Assembly (NCBI GenBank): GCA_965237525.1
Contig: CBDEFO010000007.1
Coordinates: 96,001 to 160,000 of the forward strand
Source: Candidatus Latescibacterota bacterium
Lineage (GTDB): Bacteria > Latescibacterota > CBDEFO01
Direction of reading: 5' to 3'
DNA length: 64,000 nucleotides
The number at the start of each line of letters is the position of its first letter. Position 1 is the first letter of the stretch. Positions 1 through 8,699 of this stretch are shown here, piece after piece. The notes under the pieces were generated by a model. The model saw only the letters and a list, made by a program, of their open reading frames with translations, was not told the origin of the DNA and ran no database searches. A program made the translations under genes and the position numbers.

Positions 1-757
1 CACGCACAGCCAGAAAATCCACTATACCCTCGTTTGGCCCGCAGAATATTCCCATCGCCACTGCCTTTGCGAAGTGGATCCCTTCGGACTGGACTTTCTT
101 TAGGATCTCCATTTTGATATTCTTGATATGGAGATGACAGATGCGCCGGTGATAGCGGCGTATGAAGGCGACAGGATCACCACCGCGGTAGGCGTGGTGG
201 CCGATATCCAGACAGAGCGACACCAGATCTGGATCGGTCTCCTCCAGCAACTTTTCGATTTGGCCTTCGTACTCGACGTGTGTCCCTGGGTTAGGGTGAA
301 ACGCCAGCTTGAGACAAAAGCGATCGCGTGCAATTTCTGCAATCTTCTGCGTGGTGTCGATCAACCGCCCCCAGGCACCCTCATCCAGACGCGTGGGCCC
401 GGTCGGCTGGCCCGTGTGAAGATCCACGTACGCGTCGTCGATCAACACTAAAACCTTCCCATCCAACGCGGCTGCCAGCTCGCCCCCTCCCAGGACCTGC
501 CTTTCAACGCCAGCCCACGCTGACGGTTCTTCAAGATTGCCCTCCACGACACATGCGCAGGCCTTCAGGCCGCGCTTTTCGAGTTCACCGCGGAGTGTGG
601 ATGGATCTTGTGGCAGATACCCGTAGGGACCCAACTCTATCCATTCGTACCCAGCTTCGACCACTTCATCCAGGAATCTATACCATGGGGTTTGCTTGGG
701 ATCATCGGGAAACCAGACACCCCATGAATCTGGAGCAGAACCGATCTGAATCTTCAT
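1..757 (-). CDS. Sugar phosphate isomerase/epimerase TIM barrel, IolE (myo-inosose-2 dehydratase)-like; 3' end runs off the window
   Basis: Missing from the ORF track because there is no stop in the window. Manual translation from ATG 757 gives MKIQIGSAPDSWGVWFPDDPKQTPWYRFLDEVVEAGYEWIELGPYGYLP...AFHPNPGTHVE...SLCLDIGHHAYRGGDP...HLHIKN, an IolE/AP-endonuclease-2 pattern. Confidence 0.8.
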   Translation of the reverse strand, partial: MKIQIGSAPDSWGVWFPDDPKQTPWYRFLDEVVEAGYEWIELGPYGYLPQDPSTLRGELEKRGLKACACVVEGNLEEPSAWAGVERQVLGGGELAAALDGKVLVLIDDAYVDLHTGQPTGPTRLDEGAWGRLIDTTQKIAEIARDRFCLKLAFHPNPGTHVEYEGQIEKLLEETDPDLVSLCLDIGHHAYRGGDPVAFIRRYHRRICHLHIKNIKMEILKKVQSEGIHFAKAVAMGIFCGPNEGIVDFLAVR

Positions 758-821
758 CAATCTGCCTTTCTATTAGGTTCCTTAGTAATAGAATCGCTTC
801 AGCTTCATCTCGAATATCCGG

Positions 822-1730
822 TCAGCCTTTCACGCTCTGCGACCAGGCGTCCATAATGTCACCGTCCAGGGCAACGGCCTCCCCGTGGATCTTGTTAGCC
901 GAAGGGTCATACACAAAGCGCGTGTAGCCCTGACGATAATCGTGCTTCTCAAAATATTGGTTAGGCCTACGCATAACCCCCGGAAACGCGATCCCATTGG
1001 CCCCTGTCTTCACTTGCATCAGTTTAGGGTGACGGCTGCGCTCGTAGACGTGGTGGTGCCCGCACAGATACAGATCGAACCTCGCTTCGATCAACTGCGG
1101 CAGCAGCACCCCCGGATGCTTCGTCATCTCGTCGTAGCGCAGCGAAGAGTCGGTGTCGTGATACACGGTGCGGGGGGCAAAGATAGGCCAGTGTCCCACG
1201 GCAATCTTCACCCGTGCGCGGCGAGCCTTCGACAGGTGGCGGCGCAGCCAACGGTCCTGCGCGGAGCCAGGCAGGAAGCCTCCCATATGACTGAGGCGGG
1301 TTGTGACGTTGTCCTCCCAATCGTGCTCGCCTGTGCGCAGCACCTGGTCTAGCATCACCACGTGAATATCGCCGAACGTCTTGGCGAAGTAGGGCGGTTT
1401 GCCCGCCCGTCCGACGTTTTTGCAGTAGTTCTCTAACGACCGGCCCGGGCGCGTCTGGTCGTGATTTCCCGGACAACATAAGACGGGGCATTCTCCAGCA
1501 AGTGGGTCAATTACTCGATGATAATCCCGCCAGCACTGTGCGACAAACTTGTCTTCATCGCGAACACCGGGCTGGAAACCTTCCATATGACTCACGAGGT
1601 CACCCGAGTTGACCACAAAGTCGGGTTTTTGATTCCGCACCCTTGCGATAAGTTCCTCATTGAGTCTGTTCTGTTCTTCAGCGTTTGGTACCTGACCGAA
1701 TTGCATGTCGGAGATATGGATCCACTTCAT
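822..1730 (-). CDS. Calcineurin-like metallophosphoesterase
   Basis: Motifs HISDMQ, SGDL, PGNHD, GHWP and GHHH. Likely start is MKWIHISD at 1730 (ORF track extends to 1808). Confidence 0.8.
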   Translation of the reverse strand: MKWIHISDMQFGQVPNAEEQNRLNEELIARVRNQKPDFVVNSGDLVSHMEGFQPGVRDEDKFVAQCWRDYHRVIDPLAGECPVLCCPGNHDQTRPGRSLENYCKNVGRAGKPPYFAKTFGDIHVVMLDQVLRTGEHDWEDNVTTRLSHMGGFLPGSAQDRWLRRHLSKARRARVKIAVGHWPIFAPRTVYHDTDSSLRYDEMTKHPGVLLPQLIEARFDLYLCGHHHVYERSRHPKLMQVKTGANGIAFPGVMRRPNQYFEKHDYRQGYTRFVYDPSANKIHGEAVALDGDIMDAWSQSVKG

Positions 1731-1839
1731 ATTCTCTTGCCTCCTGCCTGACAAAGCCCCCACTGCGCCCGTGTAGTATGATACATGTGTTTCGAGAGCA
1801 ACCTTCACCCGCTTTCAGCGCCTCATTTCCCGCTGTTAT

Positions 1840-2598
1840 TTAGCTCTCTACAGCCTCTAGCGCCTTCCTTGCACCTTCTAACGCAAACCTCAAATCCGTT
1901 CCACCAGTCACCAGCTTAGCCCCTCTTTCAAGCCAGAAGTTAGCGTTATCAGGATCTCCAGAAGCCAGGCCGAAGGCTACGTTATTCTTCTGGCACACCG
2001 CCAGGACCCTTTCGAACCTCTCTCTGACCTCTTCAACTGCCTCCCACGGGAATTTGCCCAGCGAAAAACTCAAATCGGAAGGCCCGCAGAACGTTCCGTC
2101 GACACCTTCCACGGACAGGATCTCCTCGATGTCGTCCACAGCCTTCTGGTGCTCTATCTGGACGAAGACCCCGACCTCAGCGTTGGCTCTTTTCATATAT
2201 TCGGCGGGATAGGCATAATATCCCGAGGAAAGCCAGGGTCCGCTGCCCCTTATCCCATCGGGCGGATACCTGGTCGCTGCTACTGCCTGACGAGCCTCCT
2301 CGGCGCTGTTTATCATAGGGAAGATAACGTTATAGACTCCGGAGTCCAGAACCTGCTTTACTATCACAAAATCGTTCCACGGAACTCGAACGATCGCCTC
2401 TGTCTCTGACGCTTCAAGGGCTATAATCAAAGAGGGCAGAACTGCCCTATCTATGGATGTGTGCTCCATATCCAGCATCATGAAATCAAAGCCCACCTTG
2501 GAAAGGGCGTTCACAAGTATAGGATCCGGTATACCTATTTCTATGCCCACTACGGCCTGTCCACCTCTAAATTTTTCTTTGATGCGATTAGTCCTCAT
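1840..2598 (-). CDS. HpcH/HpaI aldolase/citrate lyase family (2-keto-3-deoxy sugar-acid aldolase)
   Basis: GFDFMMLDMEH, IVRVP, YPPDGIRG, VQIEH and GPSDLS motifs. Likely start MRTNRIK at 2598. Confidence 0.88.
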   Translation of the reverse strand: MRTNRIKEKFRGGQAVVGIEIGIPDPILVNALSKVGFDFMMLDMEHTSIDRAVLPSLIIALEASETEAIVRVPWNDFVIVKQVLDSGVYNVIFPMINSAEEARQAVAATRYPPDGIRGSGPWLSSGYYAYPAEYMKRANAEVGVFVQIEHQKAVDDIEEILSVEGVDGTFCGPSDLSFSLGKFPWEAVEEVRERFERVLAVCQKNNVAFGLASGDPDNANFWLERGAKLVTGGTDLRFALEGARKALEAVES

Positions 2599-2749
2599 AC
2601 TTGTTGTCCTCCGCTCTGAGCGCCTCCGCTTATTATGTCCCACATTCTCTACGTGGGGTTCGACATCTAAAAGGCTGACCTGGATCAATCCTACGCTCAT
2701 GAAATAAGATAACGCCGGAGATAAGTCAATGTCAACCCCCAATTGAATC

Positions 2750-2768
2750 CCCGATTGAATCTATCGGG
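2750..2768 (+). repeat. 19-bp palindromic element CCCGATTGAATCTATCGGG
   Basis: Consensus copy, flanked by C and G. Confidence 0.85.
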
Positions 2769-2818
2769 GGTAAATATACGAGAATAAGTCCATCCTCCGG
2801 AAAGAATACCACTGACGT

Positions 2819-3943
2819 TCAGTGAATTTCCAGGTTAAGGACAACCCATTTGATGGCGTGATACGGGAGTCCGTATGTGTCGGCTGGCTCTGTAAACGAG
2901 GAGTGGGAATAGACAACGTAGAACTTGCCGTCACGCTCCATATTGGACGTATACGAACAGCCTGGCCCGGTATGGAAAACAAAGGGGTGCTCCCACACTT
3001 CTCCCGTACCATCTAAGCTGAACATGGCAAAGGTAACTTGTGGATGTCCGTATACCCCGCGTCCGGAAGTGCACGCGAGGATTCCATTGGCAAGGAGCCG
3101 CAGGTGAGGTTTTACACCCGGCCATCCTACAGACACCGGCTCGCTCCACGTCCGTCCGCCGTCCGTGGATCTGCACTGGTACATGGGTGACCCCGAACCG
3201 GTCCGCATGATGCACAGGATATCACCGTTAGCCAGTACTGCCATGTCCGGCTCGGAAAGCCCTCCCTCACCTACCGGTTTGCCATCTATCTCGGGATTAA
3301 GGGTGCATACGTGTTCGAAGGTCTTACCGCCGTCGGTGGACCGGGCGATAAAGTCCGTGGAGTTGTAGCGCGTTTCAGATGGCATGCCTAGAAATGCGGT
3401 CAAAAGATCGCCGTTCTCCAGTTCTAAGAGGGTACCGTAGAGTTCGTATGAGGCCGTCTCCCAGGGAAGATTCAATACCTTGAAAGTCGAATCTTCCAGC
3501 AACTCTGCCTGCTTGGAGAATCGGCGGAGTCTGAATATTGGGTCCTTCACTTTCGCCACGCGATGGTATGGTCCATCGGCACGCGACCACTTGACGTTCA
3601 CCGGAAACACATCAATATAGGCGATGGTGCCGTCCCTCAAGTAACCCAGAACGCCTGAGGTTTCCAGGTTGTCAGCCATGGGATGATCGGGAGGTAGGTC
3701 CACCCATGTCGCCCCAAAATCGTGGGAGATGGCGACGGGGCGCGTCTCATCCCCCGTATGCCTTCCCCGGCCATAAGGGAGGGCCAAACTGTCCCCTGCA
3801 AGTTCAATGATGCGGGGGAAGTTCAAGATCTCATCCGACTTGAGTAACACCTCGGATCTCTCTACAGAAACCTTCAAGGCTTTCTGATCATTCGCATAGA
3901 TTGCTTCTTGAAGCATAGTTTTCTCCAGATCTTGTCGTTGCAA
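2819..3943 (-). CDS. Sialidase-like BNR/Asp-box beta-propeller protein
   Basis: Asp-boxes SHDFGATW, STDGGKTF and STDGGRTW; EPDMAVLANGDILCIMR; CSYT near the C-terminus. Confidence 0.75.
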   Translation of the reverse strand: MQRQDLEKTMLQEAIYANDQKALKVSVERSEVLLKSDEILNFPRIIELAGDSLALPYGRGRHTGDETRPVAISHDFGATWVDLPPDHPMADNLETSGVLGYLRDGTIAYIDVFPVNVKWSRADGPYHRVAKVKDPIFRLRRFSKQAELLEDSTFKVLNLPWETASYELYGTLLELENGDLLTAFLGMPSETRYNSTDFIARSTDGGKTFEHVCTLNPEIDGKPVGEGGLSEPDMAVLANGDILCIMRTGSGSPMYQCRSTDGGRTWSEPVSVGWPGVKPHLRLLANGILACTSGRGVYGHPQVTFAMFSLDGTGEVWEHPFVFHTGPGCSYTSNMERDGKFYVVYSHSSFTEPADTYGLPYHAIKWVVLNLEIH

Positions 3944-4256
3944 CCTTTGAAATTGATACCGTTTGTTCGAGGAACCTGATAACTAAGCTCGCCTGCCTAT
4001 GAAGCGCAACGAATACAGGACAGGTGCAGTGCCAGAGTCGCTAGTTCAGGTCATTTTGTCAAAACCTGGAGGAACAAAAGAGAGGAACATATTTGCCCTG
4101 GTTGCTCTTGCCAGAATCCGAATTCGCCTTGAAAAATTAGTACCTGCGTTCTCCGCAGTGAAAATGCGATTGCGGATCGGGGATCACGATCCGTGCACAC
4201 CTACCAGACGTACTGTCGTCTCATAGTATAAGCGGAGTTACTGCGCTTCTGTCACT

Positions 4257-5234
4257 CTACCAGGGAACAGGAAGGCCGAATTCAAGAGCCAATTTCTCCA
4301 ACGATTTAACTGCGGTCTCGGAGATGGGAATGCCATCCTGCAAATATTCTTTCTCCTTCTTCCACGCGCGTCTACCGGGGAGGGTAGATTCGGAATAGCC
4401 CGGAAAGGGCTTCATCTTGCTGGTCTCTTCCATCAGAAAGTCCATATCGTCCTTGAAGGCCTGGAGCGGGACGAAACACTCGATATCAAGGGCCATGAAG
4501 AACCCGGATTGGTTGGCGCCGGTGTACTTGACGTTCTGGCGGTTGAACTCCGGAAGCATCTGACCCCCAAGGGTGCCGCTCATGATGTTGGCCACGTGTG
4601 AGAACCCGATGCACTTGAAGAAGACCTGAGGCATCTTCTTGAAGCACTCCTCATCCCACTCCATGTGACTGGCCAGGTCCAGCATAAAGTACGGCTGATC
4701 GGGCCCGGAGGGCATGCCGAAGGCGAGCGGCGGACTCCCCTGTATCGAACCTTGAATAGTGCTGTTGTAGTCGTAGCTCGGCGATGCGTTCCTACCCGAG
4801 AAACTAATCCCGATCAGGTCATCTCGCAGGGCCATCCGGATATACTTTCCCGAACTCCCAAGGTGATCGTGGTAGGTACTTGTAGTGACTCCGACCCCCA
4901 TCTTCTTGGCTTTAGCTATTGCCATCTGCATGGCCTTCGTGGCGACGATCATCCCGAGACCGCCGTCTCCATCCAGGGCCGCTGTCACAGGACCTTCCTT
5001 CAGAACCCGAACGTTGGGGTGCGTATTGGCTTTACCCTCCTGGAAGGCGCGCACATAGCGTTCGACCTGCACAACCCCGTGACTGACGACGCCGCGCAGC
5101 TCCGTGTCGATCAGGAGATCGGCGATCAGTTGGGCGTGATCCTCGGGAACGGGTACTTCCCGGTAAATGGACGCCACCAGCTTGCGAAGTTCCTCTACTG
5201 GAACTCGAATCCCGTCCGTCGGCGGAACGTTCAT
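4257..5234 (-). CDS. Ldh_2 family oxidoreductase (malate/L-sulfolactate/ureidoglycolate dehydrogenase-like)
   Basis: ELRGVVSHG, LDGDGGLG, HLGSSGKY and LPG-x-R motifs. Likely start MNVPP at 5234. Confidence 0.85.
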   Translation of the reverse strand: MNVPPTDGIRVPVEELRKLVASIYREVPVPEDHAQLIADLLIDTELRGVVSHGVVQVERYVRAFQEGKANTHPNVRVLKEGPVTAALDGDGGLGMIVATKAMQMAIAKAKKMGVGVTTSTYHDHLGSSGKYIRMALRDDLIGISFSGRNASPSYDYNSTIQGSIQGSPPLAFGMPSGPDQPYFMLDLASHMEWDEECFKKMPQVFFKCIGFSHVANIMSGTLGGQMLPEFNRQNVKYTGANQSGFFMALDIECFVPLQAFKDDMDFLMEETSKMKPFPGYSESTLPGRRAWKKEKEYLQDGIPISETAVKSLEKLALEFGLPVPW

Positions 5235-5264
5235 TATCCTCTCCTTTGTCTGTGATGCTTCGTC

Positions 5265-5302
5265 CCCGATTGAACCCCCGATTGACTCTATCGGGGGTCG
5301 GG
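5265..5302 (+). repeat. Nested pair of 19-bp palindromic elements (inner copy 5277-5295 inside an outer variant)
   Basis: CCCGATTGAACC[CCCGATTGACTCTATCGGG]GGTCGGG. Removing the inner 19 nt leaves a 19-nt element. Confidence 0.75.
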
Positions 5303-5473
5303 GATATACCGAAGCACTTATCCTTGGCTTCTTACAGTGTAAGGTCACCGAAACTGAATGTTGCCTACCAGATTATGGTTTCGCACAACGTATTTCCAAT
5401 TAACGAACCCGCGCAGCAGGCTGCAGAAGGCTGTGCAGCGTTAATGGATGTTATGTGACGTTGAGCGCTTTAG

Positions 5474-5947
5474 CTAAAACTCCCAGTTCTCTCTTTCCAT
5501 AAAGCCTTCTAAATCCGTGTAGGGTATATTAAAATGTTGACAAACATTGGGAATTTTGGCTGCATTCTCTCTAAATGTTTCCAGCGTAACTACCCATGCA
5601 CCAGTTATCTTAGCCTTTGCTATGATAAAGGGGTCAGCTACGTGCTTACCTATGAGGATGCTCTTATCTGGAACCAATCCCTGGTAATGTGGTGTGCGGA
5701 ATATCTCAGTGGTGAATTCTATCTCGCTTTCGGTCGGTACTTCGAATATGTCAGAGTTATCCTTTACCCAAGCTTTTAATCGATCTTGTCCACCGTAGCC
5801 ATCAATCTCTTTGACGACCTCTCGAACCGATATTATGCGCTTGGCCTCGACGAATTCATAGAAAAGCTGCCAAAGTGAAGGAAACCGAGACTTGTAGATG
5901 TTGGTGAAAAGGTTAATGAAACAGTTAGTATCAAAAACGTATTTCAC
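5474..5947 (-). CDS. DUF4411 family PIN-domain protein (putative toxin)
   Basis: YVFDTN, EVVKEI, ADPFIIAKA and VVTLE...KIPNVC pattern. Start overlaps the upstream stop. Confidence 0.85.
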   Translation of the reverse strand: MKYVFDTNCFINLFTNIYKSRFPSLWQLFYEFVEAKRIISVREVVKEIDGYGGQDRLKAWVKDNSDIFEVPTESEIEFTTEIFRTPHYQGLVPDKSILIGKHVADPFIIAKAKITGAWVVTLETFRENAAKIPNVCQHFNIPYTDLEGFMERENWEF

Positions 5948-7116
5948 TATAATTCCTCTCTCTTCAAGGCTGACTCTACGCCAGATACACTACTTTCCTT
6001 CACATTTAGAAAATCTGCTAACTGGTTAATACTGATCTGATTTCGATAGTACTTATCGAACGCCAGGTTAATGTAATTTCTGCCGAGGTAGGCAACTTGG
6101 GTAAAATAGTAGTTACCTCCCCCTGAGCGACTCTTACGTTTTTCCCACTCCTCCCTCCCCTCTGCCGCTTTCTCTTCGTAATACTCTTGAGCAATCTTAC
6201 CTCTCTCGAGCAGCTTGCGTAGTATCACCTCTGGACTTACTGCATACTTAGATGCGAGAGTGAAAATCGAACGCTCATCAATTCTCATGTTGATGATTCG
6301 TCTATCAAAATCGCTGTTTGGTACAAGGAAATCAGCAGTGAACTTGTTACAAAGTATTTCAATTCTAAGGTTAGTTCCTGACAGATAATTGAGGTAATCA
6401 TCATTGGACTTGGCAATGCCACCAGTCTTAAAGAGGAGGTGAGCAAGCTCATGAAACAGCGTAAATATCTGCCGGGTTCTTGGCATCGAGTTATTTATGT
6501 AAATGATAGGAAATTCGGAGTCGTACAAGCAGAAACCAGATAGCCCCTCTTTCTTAAAAGCTTCCCGAAAAGCTTCCTTAAAGACAAAAATACCTTTCGA
6601 TTCAATGGCATCGCGCCAACTATCAAAAGCGACTGTTGAGCCTGCCCATTGTTGTTGTTTTTCTAACTCAATCCCCAAATAAGTCCTTACAATTCGAGCG
6701 AGATGAGTCAAACTGGTATTTGATCTCACCGCAATATCTTCAAATATCTTCTGCGGCATAGGATTCTTACCGTCACATAATTCGGTAAGGTTGATCTGCA
6801 TTACACGAGCCTGCCGTAAAAGATGAATTATATTAGGCGTAAGTTTATCTATTTCACTTTCAGGAAGTGTTCGAAATGACTTGGCTGGACTATCCTCCTT
6901 AGGAGGTTCTGGAAAGAAAAAAACCGCAATGGGTCGCTTATAAATCTGATAGGCTAGGCTTTCGAGTTGGACATAAGTAGGATAGTCCGTCCCTGCTTCC
7001 CAAGCTCTTATCGTCTCAGTTGGTTTCTTTATCTTATTTGCTACATCCTCAAGGGATAGATTTGCGCTTTCTCTAGCCCATTTAAGGATACTGTTATTAG
7101 CAGCCACCTTAGCCAT
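5947..7116 (-). CDS. XRE HTH + ImmA/IrrE zinc metallopeptidase (COG2856-like)
   Basis: N-terminal HTH (LKWARE...WEAG..PT), FRTL motif, FTLFHELAH (HExxH) and E..CNKF. Confidence 0.9.
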   Translation of the reverse strand: MAKVAANNSILKWARESANLSLEDVANKIKKPTETIRAWEAGTDYPTYVQLESLAYQIYKRPIAVFFFPEPPKEDSPAKSFRTLPESEIDKLTPNIIHLLRQARVMQINLTELCDGKNPMPQKIFEDIAVRSNTSLTHLARIVRTYLGIELEKQQQWAGSTVAFDSWRDAIESKGIFVFKEAFREAFKKEGLSGFCLYDSEFPIIYINNSMPRTRQIFTLFHELAHLLFKTGGIAKSNDDYLNYLSGTNLRIEILCNKFTADFLVPNSDFDRRIINMRIDERSIFTLASKYAVSPEVILRKLLERGKIAQEYYEEKAAEGREEWEKRKSRSGGGNYYFTQVAYLGRNYINLAFDKYYRNQISINQLADFLNVKESSVSGVESALKREEL

Positions 7117-7385
7117 ATTTTCCTATCCCAGGTTATCGGATTTCATCGTCTAAAGATAGTTGAAGTTCGCTCCGCTAACAAGCCTGCTGACCCTATTATT
7201 CGTATCAGAACAGTGATCCTATAACATTGGAAGACGGCCAAGTATATAGATATAAAATGCATACGACTCTCCAGATTCAAACCTCGACCCGCTACCCGGT
7301 AGACGTCGGTCACATCTTCAGAGTGAGGGTCGTCCAGAACGACCCCAATGCCATCTGGTAGGATACAGACGCTTTGCTCTCTCTC

Positions 7386-8645
7386 TTACTCCTCCCACAC
7401 TGGCCAATCGCTCTCTTGCAGGCGCTTCCAGAGACTGTCAAATTTATCGCTGCCGTCATCCTCCCATTCGCCCAGTCTGACACCTGGAGCGTAGGATTCG
7501 TCCACCCCCAGCTTCATGAGATTTTCGGCCTGCTGCAAATTCCGGTAGTAGTGTTTTATCCCTCCGGTCAGGGTAACGACGGAGATATGCCGGGGCCATT
7601 CGGGTGCGGAAGTCTGCGAATAACGCTTCACCGCATCCTCATCTAACTCCACTCCCAGGCCCGGTCCCCCAGGGACCTTCATGAATCCCCGCTGGACCGT
7701 ATGAGCCTCCACGATCAGGTCATCTTCATAGGTGTGACTGGCCGTCACCGCCGGCAGGGTGGCCATCGGCATTACGGCTCCCAGATTGCAGGCAAATGCC
7801 GTGGTAATTCCGGTGCCCACATACTGCAGCAGAATAGGGGTGTTCGCCGCAGTAAAGACCCAGCTAGCCGAAAGAGCGCCCTTGATCGAATCGTGGCTGC
7901 AGAGTGCGCCCTCGAAGTCGCCCGCGCGGAGTCCAATCCAGGGTCCCGAAGGAGCGCGCGAAGGACCCTCAAGAACGACATGTACACCGTGCAGGTAGAA
8001 CGGGATCTGTATCTCCCGGTGGAGGCGGCGCCAACCCTCGACATCGTGGGCGAAGATCGGTTCTTCCAGGCCCTTGACCACCGGAAACTTCTCCAATTTC
8101 CGTAGGATAGGCAGGGCCTTCTCCACATTCATTAACGAACCGTTGAAATCGTACTCCACACGAAAGTCAGGCGGTGCAATCTCCTGAATCGCCTCAGATT
8201 GCTCGACTACATCATAGAATGCCCTGGCCTTGCATTTGAGCCCGCGGTACCCGCGCTCTGCAGCCACCTGAACTTCGGCGGCGCTGTCCTCAGGGGACAT
8301 ACATGGCATCCACCATCCCATGACCACCCATTGCCGCACCTGCTGGCCCATCAGTTTCCAGGCCGGAAGGTCCAGGTGCTTGCCCATCAGATCATAGCAG
8401 GCCATGTCGAGGTTGAAAAACCCCTGGCCCAATATATGATCGAACGGATCCGTGCCGAGATAGGCGTTTAGCTGGTCCTGTCCGTAAGGGGCTCCTATGT
8501 TTTCCCCCAGGCCGATAAGGCCCGAATCGGTATGAAATTTGTAGACCGTCACCTCTTCACTCATATTGAAATGGTAAAACTGCCTGCGAATGCGTGCCTC
8601 GTAGGGCACATGCAGGGAAATAGGCTCGATTTCGGTGATTCTCAT
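7386..8645 (-). CDS. Mandelate racemase/muconate lactonizing enzyme (enolase superfamily), probable acid-sugar dehydratase
   Basis: TDSGLIGLGE, DMACYDLMGK, KCK, DFN, EEP and PGGPGLGVELD. Confidence 0.85.
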   Translation of the reverse strand: MRITEIEPISLHVPYEARIRRQFYHFNMSEEVTVYKFHTDSGLIGLGENIGAPYGQDQLNAYLGTDPFDHILGQGFFNLDMACYDLMGKHLDLPAWKLMGQQVRQWVVMGWWMPCMSPEDSAAEVQVAAERGYRGLKCKARAFYDVVEQSEAIQEIAPPDFRVEYDFNGSLMNVEKALPILRKLEKFPVVKGLEEPIFAHDVEGWRRLHREIQIPFYLHGVHVVLEGPSRAPSGPWIGLRAGDFEGALCSHDSIKGALSASWVFTAANTPILLQYVGTGITTAFACNLGAVMPMATLPAVTASHTYEDDLIVEAHTVQRGFMKVPGGPGLGVELDEDAVKRYSQTSAPEWPRHISVVTLTGGIKHYYRNLQQAENLMKLGVDESYAPGVRLGEWEDDGSDKFDSLWKRLQESDWPVWEE

Positions 8646-8699
8646 GAGAGTCCCCCTATTGATATTTTCTTGTTGGTAATAGTCTTCTGGCTGCAGTTT

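Noticed and set aside
128..927. Plus-strand ORFs 128-451 and 328-927
   Set aside because: Antisense shadows of the IolE-like gene.
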